A DNA stretch of 64,000 bases, from NCBI GenBank assembly GCA_026770705.1, contig JANJGN010000071.1:2294001-2358000 (forward strand). The letters are read 5' to 3'. The position numbers were made by a program, and so were the translations under genes. Below, piece after piece: positions 1 through 11,899 of the stretch (its first letter is position 1; each line of letters begins with the position of its first letter). This stretch comes from Isurus oxyrinchus. Taxonomy: Eukaryota. The notes beneath the pieces were generated by a model. The model worked only from the letters and a program-made list of their open reading frames with translations. It was not told where the DNA came from and ran no database searches.

Positions 1-339
1 ACATCCAGTCAGCCTCCGGAAACCTTTTGTATCGAACAAACATAGATTCTTTGCTGTCTCAAAAGGACAATAGCCAGTCTCTGCCCTGTAATTACTGTAC
101 AAGAACACAATTATCAGCCCACCGGAGGATCATTGTGCTGTGGCCTTTGTCTAACTAATACCATTACCTTGTAACTGAGAGTAAAAAATATATAAACTGT
201 GCTCATTTGAACCTCGGTGGAGAAGCACCTGTACTGCCCAGCGTTTGCTCCCCACATGCCTAATAAAGGAACCACTTGAATATTGCATCTGGTGTCCGAG
301 TGTTGAAATTTTGTACCAGAGTATCCCACAGACCATTCA

Positions 340-660
340 TAACCATCGCCCCTTGGCATTCAATGGCATTACCATCAATGAATCCCCCAATATCAACATC
401 CTGGGAGTTACCATTGAGCAGAAACTGAACTGGACCAGCCATATAAACACTGTGGCTGCAAGAGCAGGTCAGAGGCTGGGAACCCTGCAGACAGTAACTC
501 ACCTCCTGACTCCCCAAATCCTGTCCACCATCTACAACGCACAAGTCAGGAGTGTGATGGAATACTCTCCACATGCCTGGATGAGCACAGCTCCAACAAC
601 ACTCAAGAAGCTTGACACCATCCAGGACAAAGCAGCCCGATTGATTGGCTCCCCTTCCAC
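340..660 (+). mobile_element. LINE (CR1/L2 superclade) reverse transcriptase C-terminal fragment
   Basis: ORF 245..712 reads LGVTIEQKLNWTSHINTV...YNAQVRSVMEYS...LKKLDTIQDKAARLI, typical of the LINE ORF2 end; same family at 26615-27040 and 45075-46110. Confidence 0.85.
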
Positions 661-810
661 AGAGCTAGATAGATTCTTGATTAACAAGGGGGTGAAAGGT
701 CATTGGGGGTAGGCAGGAATGTGAGGTTGAGGTGACAATCAGATCAGCCATGATCTTACTGAATGGCGGAGCAGGTTCGAGGGGCTGAGTGACCTACTCC
801 TGATCCTAAC
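661..810 (+). mobile_element. CR1-type LINE 3' end fragment
   Basis: gagctagatagattcttg...gatcagccatgatcttactgaatggcggagcagg...ggggctgagtgacctactcctg, a CR1-type 3' tail. Confidence 0.7.
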
Positions 811-2062
811 TCAGATATCCAGATGTTCTCAAAGGCAAATGGGGATGGGCAACAAATACTGGCCTAGTCAGCGACACCAACATCCCTGAAATGAATAAGA
901 AAAAAATGTATCAATCAATTAAATTTATTGATTAATCGAATTGAAATTCCTCCAGCTGCCGTGGTGGGATTTGAACCCGTGCCTTCAAAGCATTCACCTG
1001 GGCCTCTGGATCACTGGCCTAGTGCCATTCCCATTGTGCGACTGTCTGCTATCATCATGGCTCTTTCACATCGATGTGGAAGTCCTGATAACAGAAGCAT
1101 TGGACGAGGTACAGAAAGGTGACAAATCAGGAGCTCCATGGCTCAATATGAACGGATAATAAAGATAAATGAACATAAACCTTCCAGTCGCTAATTAGGG
1201 AGTCACTGTGGAGCCCATGAGTCCCTCGCAGCGCTATTGCAACCTTCTGGATCCCCAGTAGGGGACTCGGGGTGCAGCTGTGTCTTCCTCATCATTTGGA
1301 AAAGCCGGAATTGTTCGGGTGCCCCTTCAAACAGGCCGAAGATGCAGTGGGTGATGTCTCCCACAGGCCCTGGGAGACCTCCCCTGCCAATTTGTTTTGT
1401 AGCTTATTCTTCAACTGCGACATTGGATCAGCTTGAAAAAGGGTGAGCCTGAGGCAATACCACCAGGTAAGCGTCTATCCCCTCAAACATCACCCCCCCC
1501 CCCCCACCCCCGTAACCATCACAGTCCCTCCCATCGTGCTGGAGGAGCATAATGTGCACATTCCCCTCCTTCCAATCAGTCTCCTCCCTTCCTCTCTAAT
1601 CCTTGATCTTATTGTGTTCGGGGTTGACATCCCAGTCCTCCTCCCTAGACTGTCTGATGTTGACATCCCAATGCCCCATGTAGACCTGACCTCTCTCCAA
1701 CTAGAGGCCCATTGTACTGTGACTTACAGAGACCACCGGCCCCCCTCTTTTCCATCCCCACCCCTACCCTCTATATTAACTGCTCCCCATTGACCGGCTG
1801 CAGATGCCTCCCCTGACTGGGATTGTGCCACCTGCGGCCTAGTATCAAGCCACCCACCCCCAGGACCGACGTGTGTGAGGGACTGACCACGTCCTGCACA
1901 CCATGCTGGGCACCACCAACCCAGGACTGCCAGGCTGTCCCCACCACACTGGACTGGGACTAGAATAGGCGTGCCAAGCACAGCTCTCTAAATCGTGGCG
2001 CAGACCCACAGCACTCGCAATGTTTTGTGGCCCGAATCCTTGCTGAGGAACTGCCCAGCACT

Positions 2063-2152
2063 AAAAGCAAAAAAACTGCGGATGCTGGAAATTCAAAACA
2101 GAAACAGAAATACCTGGAAAAACTCAGCAGGTCTGGCAGCATTGGCGGAGAA
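2063..2152. mobile_element. Penelope-like element terminal fragment
   Basis: actgcggatgctggaaat...aaaactcagcaggtctggcagcat motif, recurring at about 35310-35395 and 59078-59210; family assignment from recall. Confidence 0.55.
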
Positions 2153-2154
2153 GA

Positions 2155-2506
2155 ACTGAGGTAGTGCGGCACTGTCGGAGGTTCAGTACTGAGGGAGTGC
2201 TGCACTGTCGGAGGGTCTGAGCTGAGGGAGTGTTGCACTGTCAGAGGGTCTGAACTGAGGGAATGCTGCACTTTCGGAGGCTCTGAACTGAGGGAGTGCT
2301 GCACTGTCGGAGGCTCTGAAATGAGGGAGTGCTGCACTGTCGGAGGGTTTGAACTGAGGGAGTGCTGCACTGTCGGAGGGTATGAACTGAGGGAGAGCTG
2401 CACTGTCGGAGGGTTTGAACTGAGGAAGTGCTGCACTGTCGGAGGGTCTGATCTGAGGGAGTGCTGCGCTGTTGGAGGGTTTGAACTGAGGGAGTGCTGT
2501 GCTGTC
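2155..2506. repeat. 30-bp minisatellite array
   Basis: Tandem units ACTGAGGGAGTGCTGCACTGTCGGAGGG; responsible for the spurious QHSLS/RECCTV ORFs. Confidence 0.95.
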
Positions 2507-2908
2507 TAAAGAACATTGTACAAATTGCACAAAATTTCATCTGATGCCTGTGTTAGATTTCAGGAAGGTTCTTAAAGTAGGATAGAGAGTTGGAGAGGCA
2601 GAGAGTATCTGTGAGTATCTCTGTGCATCTGAGTGTCTGTAATAGACTTTGCAATTTCTATATTCTTCCATAAATATGAAAGGGAACACAAATCCCAGAA
2701 TCCAGGTCAACTCTCCGGTGCAGCACTGAGGGAGGTCAGGTAATCCACAGGGGAGTATGTGCTAGTGTGTTTGTTTGTGAGTGTGTCTTTGTGTGTGCTC
2801 ATAGATGTGGGATTGTTTGTCTGCAGGTGTCTATTTAAGGCTGGATATTTATGTGTGTTTTTGTAGTGTTTCAATCTGAGAGAGATGTTGAAGTTTGCCT
2901 TAACTAAC

Positions 2909-3060
2909 GTTCCACAGTGATGGTTATGAACCCCTCCACTGCTCCATGTTCATTCTCTGAGCACACTGATAGTCTCCAGTGTCCCTGGATGTAACGTGAG
3001 GAATCCCCAACCACAGCTCATTGTTGGAACTTGTTCTGTTCATTGTGATATTCAGATGTC
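2909..3060 (-). pseudogene. Gene A: broken copy of the repeated Ig exon (3' half only, 1-nt deletion)
   Basis: Matches the 3' half of the gene B 282-bp exons (..NRTSSNNELWL..DTGDYQC..NEHGAVEGFITITVE) with donor kept; ctctgagcacactg versus ctctgccacacactg shifts frame; 5' half replaced by unrelated sequence. Confidence 0.85.
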
Positions 3061-3383
3061 AGGACCGGACTCAACAAGGCAGATTGCAGGTTTACCAACA
3101 GAAAGTGAACAACAATTTATATTTAAAGGGAAGAGAGTGCTGGTTAATCAGCAAGTGGTCTCTGATTGGAGGAGGTGTTGCCATGGAAAATAATGTGTGT
3201 GAGATGTAAAGTTTAGACAGCTTGTCTCTTCATTCAGCAATAATCAAATAAAGATCAGTTAACTTCTATTGACTGTGAAGCACTTTGAGAGGCATGAGAA
3301 TGTGGACACTGAGAACGGGCTGCACTGTCAGAGGGTCAGCGCTGAGGGAGTGCTGATGTAGAATGAAGGGTGTCCGTTCTTAC

Positions 3384-3671
3384 CTTGCACAGTTAGTATG
3401 AGGGTCCGCTCCGATGAAACAGATGGATATCTCACTCTGCAGCTGAGAGTGTGTCCGTGGTGTTTGAGTGATGGGATCAGGGTCAGAACAGAAGTATAGG
3501 TCAGAGTGACACCATGCTGAGTTACAGTGTTTGAGACTGATCCAGGTACGTCAGTGGGAGTGTCCCAGGTTAAGACAGGTGCTGCTGTTCCATTGCACGT
3601 TGTGTTGAAGGTGCAGCTTACATCCACACGCTTTCCTGCAATAATTTCAGCAGGGAATATCGTGGGTTTAT
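3384..3671 (-). CDS. Gene A: Siglec C2-set domain exon (cryptic in-frame acceptor)
   Basis: DKPTIFPAEIIAGKRVDVSCTFNTTCNGTAAPVLTW...LSCRVRYPSVSSERTLILTVQ; CAG acceptor, GTAAG donor, phase 1-1; near-identical to 58530..58826. Confidence 0.85.
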
Positions 3672-4138
3672 CTGTGACACATGTGGAGATATTAGTGACA
3701 GCTGGCCAGAAGAGGTCGGTGTTATGGAAAGACAGAGAGAAAGAGACAGAGAGACACAGCGAGAGAGAGAGAGATAGGGAGAGGAAGAGGGAGAGGGAGA
3801 GGTTTAGGGTGGGAACTCTAGGGTGGTGAAAGGCGCTGTAGAAATGTAAATCTTTCTTCTGTCGATATGTCAGACTTCAAGACAGGATTTGAGAGATTGA
3901 TGGGAGTGGATAAACTGATAACATTGATAGACACAGTCAACACATTTAATCATTGATATTAAAGTAAGTATTAGAGGTTGCTTTAGGACTGAACTGGAAG
4001 CTATCATCAGGTTATTGAGAATCAGACAGTGTGTTATAATAACCTGTGTTTTGTGTTAATATGTAAACATCACAGTTTGTGTTATTTCCCATTGAGTGTT
4101 GAATGTGAATTGTTGAGTAATTATAACACAGCACTTAC

Positions 4139-4507
4139 CAGAAACGTGAAGCTGGGTTACAGGGTAATAGTTATAGCTCGGACCATTGTCAAATTCTATT
4201 CTGAAAAAATAAGGTCCTGCATCTTCCCGTCTGATGTTGTTTATAATCAGGGAACAGTCGCCATCTTTCAGGTCTCCAGACAGCCGGATCCGATGGTGGA
4301 ACCGTGGTAACTCGTGACTGTGATCCTTGGAGTGAAAGGCAATGGGAGCCCAGGGAATCTGTTTCTCATTATTAAACCAGACTCCACCTCGCGGTTGGTT
4401 TTCCAGACACGATGGATAACTGTAATGACATGGAATCTGTACACAGGAACCTTCCTGAGCTGTCACCTCTCGTGGAGTGTCACCTTTCCACTCTTGTGAC
4501 AGTCCAA
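4139..4507 (-). CDS. Gene A: Siglec V-set exon V1 (essential Arg present)
   Basis: 369 bp, AG/GT, phase 1-1; SCVQIPC, GDLKDGDCSLII, DAGPYFFRIE motifs. Confidence 0.93.
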
Positions 4508-4559
4508 CTGGGGAGAGAAATCTCAATATTTATCTCTGGATGGCTTGTGGATCCACTAG

Positions 4560-5350
4560 ACTCAAAATTTACAGATGAGGCTGAATTGGGGGATGGTCAA
4601 TACTGAGGAGAATGGCAACAAATTATTTTGGCAGGAAGAATAGAAAATCAGAATATTATTTAACTGGAGACAGGCTGCAGAATGCAGTACAGAGGGATCT
4701 GGGTGTCCTTGTACATGAATCACAGAAAGTCAGCATTCAGGAAAACCATGGAATGAGGAAGGCAAGTGGAATGTTGGCCTTTATTGCAAAGGGATGGAGT
4801 ATAAAAGGAGGGAAGTCTTGCAACAGCTGCACAGGGCGTTAGTGAGATTTTAACAGGATCATTGTGTGCAGGCAGTTCAGAGAAGCTACACTGGGCTGAT
4901 TCCTGGGATTAAAGGGTTTGTCCTGTGAGGAAATGTTGAGCAGGTTGGGCCGGTATCCATTGGAGTTTAGAAGAATGAGGGCTGACCTTACTGAAACATA
5001 TCCGATTCCGAGGGGGCTTGACAGGGTGGATGCTGGGAGGATGTTTCCCCCTCGTGGGGGAATCTAGAACCAGGGAGCACAGTTTTGGAATGAGTGCTCT
5101 CCCATTTAAGACTGAGATGAGGAGGAATTTCCTCTCTCAGAGGGGCGCTAGCCTGTGGAATTCTCTTCCCCAGAGAGCAGTGGAGGCTGGGCCATTGAAT
5201 AGACTCAAGGCTGAGTGAGGCAGGTTTTTGATCGACAAGGGAGTCAAGGGTTTGGGGGACAGGCAGGAAAATGGAGTTAAGGCAACAACCAGATCAGTGA
5301 GAGCATGCTCGAGGGGCCGAATGGCCTGCTCCTGTCCCTGTTTCTTATGT
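4560..5350 (+). mobile_element. CR1 LINE 3' fragment
   Basis: QRDLGVLVHESQKVS...MLAFIA...FKTEMRRNFLSQR..SLWNSLPQRAVEA plus 3' tail. Confidence 0.9.
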
Positions 5351-6418
5351 TCCTACATTCTTACCATCTTAAAATATTAAAGCTGCAGAATAAACATGCA
5401 AGTGACTGACCCGCTCGACCCACCTTCCATCTGGGGGTCCCATGGGGAGGACCCTTCCTGAGCCAGATCCACCAGCCAACATGGTCTAGATCTGAGCACA
5501 GGAGACACTGGGGGGAGTGACTAACAGGCTCCTTGTGACAGGCCCCGTCTGTCCAATGGCTGGCTTTCAGCTGCCAAGGCCAGAGTGGTCCTTGCTAAAA
5601 CCGGCTCAGGACAGGCCAGGACCCCTGTGCAGACCCCCTCCAGCGCTGCAGCCTCTGTACAAACCCCTCATGCGCTTGTGGAGAGACACAAACAAGGCTG
5701 CACATTACCGAGGAGAATCCCCTCTACAGACTAAGGTGCTGACTCATCACCCTAAACTCGGCAAATGAGGAGGCTCTCGCTCGGTATCGGGGCGTGGCAT
5801 TCGCTCAATAAAAATAATCAAATGACATTTGGTCAGAAATCTAAGGAGGTTGTACATTCCCTCAAAAATAAGACTCGATCTGGGGTCGAGAGTCAAAGGG
5901 CAACAACTTATATTTTCACAACAACTTTAACATGACAAATCACCCCAAGGTGCTACACAGGAGCGTCATAAAACAAAGTATGTCACCCAGACACGTGTAG
6001 ATATTAGCGACAGCTGACCAGAAGAGGTCGGTGTTATGGAGAGACAGAGATAAAGAGACAGAGAGAGAGAGAGAGGGAGAGATTTAGGGTAGGAACTCTA
6101 GGGTGGTGAAAGGCGCTGTAGAAATGTAAATCTTTCTTCTGTCGATATGTCAGACTTCAAGACAGGATTTGAGAGATTGATGGGAGTGGATAAACTGATA
6201 ACATTGATAGACACAGTCAACACATTTAATTATTGATATTAAAGTGAGTATTAGAGGTTGTTTTAGGACTGAACTGGAAGCTATCACCAGGTTATTGAGA
6301 ATCAGACAGTGTGTTATAATAACCTGTGTTTTGTGTTAATATGTAAACGTCACAGATTGTGTTATTTCCCATTGAGTGTTGAATGTGAATTGTTGAGTAA
6401 TTATAACACAGCACTTAC

Positions 6419-6787
6419 CAGAAACGTGAAGCTGGGTTACAGGGTAATAGTTATGTCTCGGACCATTGTCAAATTCTATTCTGAAAAAATAAGGTCCTGC
6501 ATCTTCCCGTCTGATGTTGTTTATAATCAGGGAACAGTCGCCATCTTTCAGGTCTCCAGACAGCCGGGTCCGATGGCGGAACCGTGGTAACTCGTGACTG
6601 TGATCCTTGGAGTGAAAGGCAATGGGAGCCCAGGGAATCTGTTTCTCATTATTAAACCAGAGTCCACCTCGCGGTTGGTTTTCCAGACACGATGGATAAC
6701 TGTAATGACATGGAATCTGTACACAGGAACCTTCCTGAGCTGTCACCTCTCGTGGAGTGTCACCTTTCCACTCTTGTGACAGTCCAA
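6419..6787 (-). CDS. Gene A: Siglec V-set exon V2 (essential Arg present)
   Basis: Duplicate of V1 with intact splice sites, DAGPYFFRIE. Confidence 0.93.
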
Positions 6788-6839
6788 CTGGGGAGAGAAA
6801 TCTCAATATTTATCTCTGGATGGCTTGTGGATCCACTAG

Positions 6840-7632
6840 ACTCAAAATTTACAGATGAGGCTGAATTGGGGGGATGGTCAATACTGAGGAGAATGGCAAC
6901 AAATTATTTTGGCAGGAAGAATAGAAAATCAAAATATTATTTAACTGGAGACAGGCTGCAGAATGCAGTACAGAGGGATCTGGGTGTCCTTGTACATGAA
7001 TCACAGAAAGTCAGCATTCAGGAACACCACAGAATGAGGAAGGCAAGTGGAATGTTGGCCTTTATTGCAAAGGGATGGAGTATAAAAGGAGGGAAGTCTT
7101 GCAACAGCTGCACAGGGCGTTAGTGAGATTGTAACAGGATCATTGTGTACAGGCAGTTCAGAGAAGCTTCACTGGGCTGATTCCTGGGATTAAAGGGTTT
7201 GTCCTGTGAGGAAATGTTGAGCAGGTTGGGCCTGTATCCATTGGAGTTTAGAAGAATGAGGGGTGACCTTATTGAAACATATCCGATTCCGAGGGGGCTT
7301 GACAGGGTGGATGCTGGGAGGATGTTTCCCCCTCGTGGGGGAATCTAGAACCAGGGAGCACAGTTTCGGAATGAGGACTCTCCCATTTAAGACTGAGATG
7401 AGGAGGAATTTCCTCTCTCAGAGGGGCGCTAGCCTGTGGAATTCCCTTCCCCAGAGAGCAGTGGAGGCTGGGCCATTGAATAGACTCAAGGCTGAGTGAG
7501 GCAGGTTTTTGATCGACAAGGGAGTCAAGGGTTTGGGGGACAGGCAGGAAAATGGAGTTAAGGCCACAACCAGATCAGCGAGGGCAGGCTCGAGGGGCCG
7601 AATGGCCTGCTCCTGTCCCTATTTCTTATGTT
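6840..7632 (+). mobile_element. CR1 LINE 3' fragment (duplicated copy)
   Basis: Copy of 4560..5350 within the tandem unit. Confidence 0.9.
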
Positions 7633-8182
7633 CCTACATTCTTACCTTCTTAAAATATTAAAGCTGCAGAATAAACATGCAAGTGACTGACCCGCTCGAC
7701 CCACCTTCCATCTGGGGGTCCCATGGGGAGGACCCTTCCTGAGCCAGATCCACCAGCCAACATGGTCTGGATCCGAGCACAGGAGACACGGGGGGGAGTG
7801 ACTAACAGGCTCCTTGTGACAGGCCCTGTCTGTCCAATGGCTGGCTTTCAGCTGCCAAGGCCAGAGTGGTCCTTGCTAAAACCAGCTCAGGACAGGCCAG
7901 GACCCCTGTGCAGACCCCCTCCAGCGCTGCAGCCTCTGTACAAATCCCTCATGCGCTTGTGGAGAGACACAAACAAGGCTGTACATTACCGAGGAGAATC
8001 CCCTCTACGGACTAAGGGGCTGACTCATCACCTTAAACTCAGCAAATGAGGAGGCTCTCGCTCGGTATCGGGGCTTGGCATTCGCTCAATAAAAATAATC
8101 AAATGACACTTTGGTCAGAAATCTAAGCAGGTTGTACATTCCCTCAAAAATAAGACTCAATCTGGGGTCGAGGGTCAAAGGG

Positions 8183-9945
8183 CAACAACTTATATTTTCA
8201 CAACAACTTTAACATGACAAATCACCCCAAGGTGCTACACAGGAGCGTCATAAAACAAAGTATGTCACGCAGACACATGTGGAGATATTAGCGACAGCTG
8301 ACCAGAAGGGATCGGTGTTATGGAGAAACTTAAAAGAGGGATGAAATGGTTAGTGAGAGAGAGAGAGTGAGTGTGAGGGATGGAGAGGGCTTAAGGCAGG
8401 GTATTACGGAGCTCGGTCCCCAGGCAGCTGAAGGCATGGCCACCGATGTTAGAGTGTTGAGATCGGGGGATGGTCAAGAGGCTGGAATTGGAGGAGCGCA
8501 GAGACCTCAGAGGGTTGGAGGGGCTGGAGGAGGTTACAGAGATAGGGAGGGTTGTAGGGTCTGGAGGAGGTTACAGAGATAGCGAGGTTTGTAGTGATTG
8601 GAGGAGTTATAGCGATAGGGAGGTTTGTAGGGGCTGGAAAAGTTAAGAGAGATTGGGAGAGTGTAGGGTCTGGAGGAGTTTGCAGAGGTCGGGAGGGTTG
8701 TAGTGACTGGGGCAGGTTACAGGGGCAGGGAAAGTTGTCGGGACTGGAGCAGGCTACAGAGATAGGGAAGCTTTTAGGGGCAGGAGGAAGTTACAGAAAT
8801 AGGGAGGTTTGTAGTGGCTGGAGGAGGTTGCAGAGATTGGTAGGTTTGTTGGGCAGGATGAATTTACAGATATAGGGAAGCGGTAGAGGCTTGAAGAGGT
8901 TACAGAGAATGGGATGGTTGTAGGTACTGGAGGAGGACAAGGAGATTACAGAGATAGTGAGGAAACAAAGATGAAAATTTGGACATTGAGACTTTGCTTG
9001 ACCAGGAGCCAGTCTCGGTCATCGAGCAGAGCGGGTGATAAGGGAACGGGACTTGGTGTGAGTAAGGATGTGGTCAGCAGTTTTGGATGGCCTCAAGTTT
9101 ATGGAGTGTAGAGCGTGTGTTGGAACAGTCGAGACTGGAGGTAATGAAGGCGTGGATGAGGGTTTCAGCAGCAGATGAGCTGAGACAGGGTGACGTCGTG
9201 CGATGTTACGGAGGTGGAAATAGACGGTGTTAGTGAGGGCGCAGATAGGAGGCCGGAAGCTCATCTCAGGATCAAATGGGACAACAAAGCTGTGAACAGA
9301 TTGGCTTCAATCTCAGAGAGCTGCCAAGGAGAGGAATGGAGTTGGTAGCGAGGGAACAGAGTTTGGAGCGGGGAATGAAGACAATGGCTTCAGTCTTTCC
9401 AATATTTAATTGGAGGGAATTTCTGCCCATCCAGTACTGGATGTCGGATAAGCAGCCTGATAATTTAGCAGCAGTGGAGGAGTCGAGAGAGGTGGTGGTG
9501 AGGTAGAGCTGGGCATCCTCAGTGGACAGGTGAAAACTAACACTGTTCAGATGATGCTGCAATGCCATTGCAAGTGATTCTCTGGCTACGATGAGATGGA
9601 TAAGAATGGAGCCAGGGGAGAGCAGTCCCACCCAGCTGGACGACAGTGGAGAGGTGTTGGAGGAGGATGGTGTGGTCGAGCGTGTCAAAGGCTGCAGACA
9701 GATCGAGAAGGACAAGGAGGGAAAGTTGACCTTTGTCACAGTCACACAGGATGCCATTTGTGACCTTGATAAGAGCTGTTTCAGCACAGTGGCTGGGGTG
9801 GGAACCTGATTGGAGGGATTCAAACATGGAGTTCCGGGAAAGATGGGAACAGATTCGGGAGATGGAAACAGGTTGCAGGACTTTGGAGGGGAAAGAGAGG
9901 CTGGAGATGGGACGGGGGTTTACACGGACAGTGTGAGGGGTGGAA
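8183..9945 (-). mobile_element. L2-clade LINE, decayed RT and 3' end, with internal ~34-bp minisatellite (about 8510-8955)
   Basis: RPISSLSFPSKVL, AETALIKVTN, LLVLLDLSAAFDTLDHTILL, QLNIGKTEAIVF, YFHLRNIAR motifs in minus-strand ORFs. Confidence 0.9.
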
Positions 9946-10191
9946 GGTGTAGTGGGGAGGAGATACTTCACTCAGGGGGCAGGTGTCATCACCCCTCAGC
10001 TCGGTTTATGTTACAGCTATGATGTGGATACAATCACACACAATAAGCTTATGGATCTGGGAGCAGAAATAGACAAATCATTAAAAATAGTGGCGCTGGT
10101 TAACACGGCCAAAAAACAAGCAGATCAAACACTATTATTTCCCATTGAGTGTTGGATGTGAATTGTTGAGTAATTATAACACAGCACTTAC

Positions 10192-10566
10192 CAGAAACGT
10201 GAAGCTGGGTTTCAGGACGGTCGTTGTATCTATTCCTGTTGTCAAATTCTAGGCTGAATAAATAATATCCTGCATCTTCCCGTCTGATGTTGTTTATAAT
10301 CAGGGAACAGTCGCCATCTTTCAGGTCTCCAGACAGCCGGGTCCGATGGTGGAACTGTGGTAACTCGCGATTATGATCCTTGGAGTGAAAGGCTATAGAC
10401 CGTTCATTCCATTTTTCCCAATTCCTTCTCATATACCAGATTCCGACTGGTGATCTCGCTACTAAATATGATGGATAACTGTAATTACATGGAATCTGTA
10501 CACACGAACCTTCCTGCGCTGTCACCTCTCCTGGAGTGTCACCTTTCCACACTTGTGATAGTCCAA
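10192..10566 (-). CDS. Gene A: Siglec V-set exon V3 (essential Arg replaced by Ser)
   Basis: 375 bp, AG/GT, phase 1-1; DAGYYLFSLE where paralogs have DAGPYFFRIE. Confidence 0.9.
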
Positions 10567-10969
10567 CTAGGGAGAGAAATATCAATATTTAACTCTGAAT
10601 GTTTTCTCAATCCACTAGACTCAATATCCAACCCCTCCATCACTGGGGCACACAGGCTGCAGTCTGGATAATCCACAGGTCACACAATGAATGCCCCAAG
10701 GTTTCACAACAGATTGAAGAGAATTCCGGACACAGGAGTGGACAAATTCATTCTAAATTGGCTCATGACCCTCAGGTACCTATTTAGTGAAGTCAGTCTG
10801 CCACCCAACACAGTGTCTACAAGACACACTAATTGAAGTGAGTTCACTGCTGATTTACAACGTAGGACAATGGATTAGGAGCCTTCAGAATTCCCCCATT
10901 ATCACCATCATGAATCATGAATTGGCCTAGCTGTCCTAGATCCTCAGTGTCTAAGGCAGTGGTTCCTAT

Positions 10970-11895
10970 TGTGATGTAAGTATAATAATTTTCATAATAT
11001 TTTATAGTATATTGTGAAATAGGTTTATGGGGGTACGCGTGATGGGTCTGCATGTGATTTAAGTACATTTGGAGTTAATTAGATTGGAAGTTTAAAATGA
11101 TCAAAAGGAGCTAGGTGCTTGACATGCTATTGAGGAAACATGGATGCTGCTTAGCATGGAAGGTATGAAGAGAATTTGCATTTTTCTATCAATGAAGGGG
11201 TTGTTGGATTTCAAAGGAATCTTAGCTTGTTTACAACTAGCCAGATAAGCAAGACTAAGGAATGTGTTTATTTTTCTCAAAGGCTCCTGGCAATATGGGC
11301 ACCACAAAAGAGTTTGTTATGTGGAAGATACAGTTTCAAAAACATATGGAACAATAGAATTTTCATGTTACAAAGAGAGAAATATATATCTATCAGGGAG
11401 AATGAAAGGCTATGTGTCAGAATGCCATGTAAGATCTAACACGAGTGTGTGATATAGTCTTAATGAAACCTCTAGCATTTGTGCACAAGCCTGCTATCCA
11501 ACAGAACTGAAGTTGGGGAAAAGCCACTTGGAATTCCTCTGTGGCAGGGTATTGCTTTTATATTGTGTTAACTTGCTGAGTTGTTTTAAATATAAAGTCT
11601 ATTTTTGGACCGTTGCCTTAAAGGGAGTGTAACTGGGAGTCAGTTTAATTCGGAATTTTAAGAATTATTATAGTGGTAATTGTAGAGTTATGTATGTGCT
11701 TCAAATCATTTATTTTGAGAGCAAGTATTTTAATTTAATTTTTAAATCTCTAAAGGTCTTGGTGTAATTATTGCTTCTGAATTCAGTGCACACATCTCAT
11801 AATAAATACAAATTGCAAAATCATTATGATCATGTGACCACCTTTCTCTCATGGACTTGGTCTGCCTGGCACACATCACCTGCCAAGTGATAACA
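10970..11895 (+). mobile_element. Solo LTR-like element
   Basis: TGTGATG...ATAACA termini, AATAAA near the 3' end, layout similar to the elements at 21057 and 25509. Confidence 0.6.
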
Positions 11896-11899
11896 CTGT

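Larger units (their letters stand above)
3675..8271. repeat. Tandem duplication of a ~2.3-kb unit carrying a V-set exon and a CR1 fragment
   Basis: 3675-5989 and 5990-8271 align at offset about 2280; unit boundaries share gacac(a/g)tgt(g/a)gatattag. Confidence 0.95.

Noticed and set aside
1960-2060. RIRATKHCECCGS as a hepcidin mature peptide
   Set aside because: Only four Cys with the wrong spacing and no splice acceptor; 1200-2060 looks more like a decayed DNA transposon, too weak to call
4139-10566. V exons as rearranging Ig/TCR/NAR V segments
   Set aside because: They end in GT donors rather than heptamer-nonamer signals, and show the Siglec B-E cysteine pattern instead of the canonical YYC
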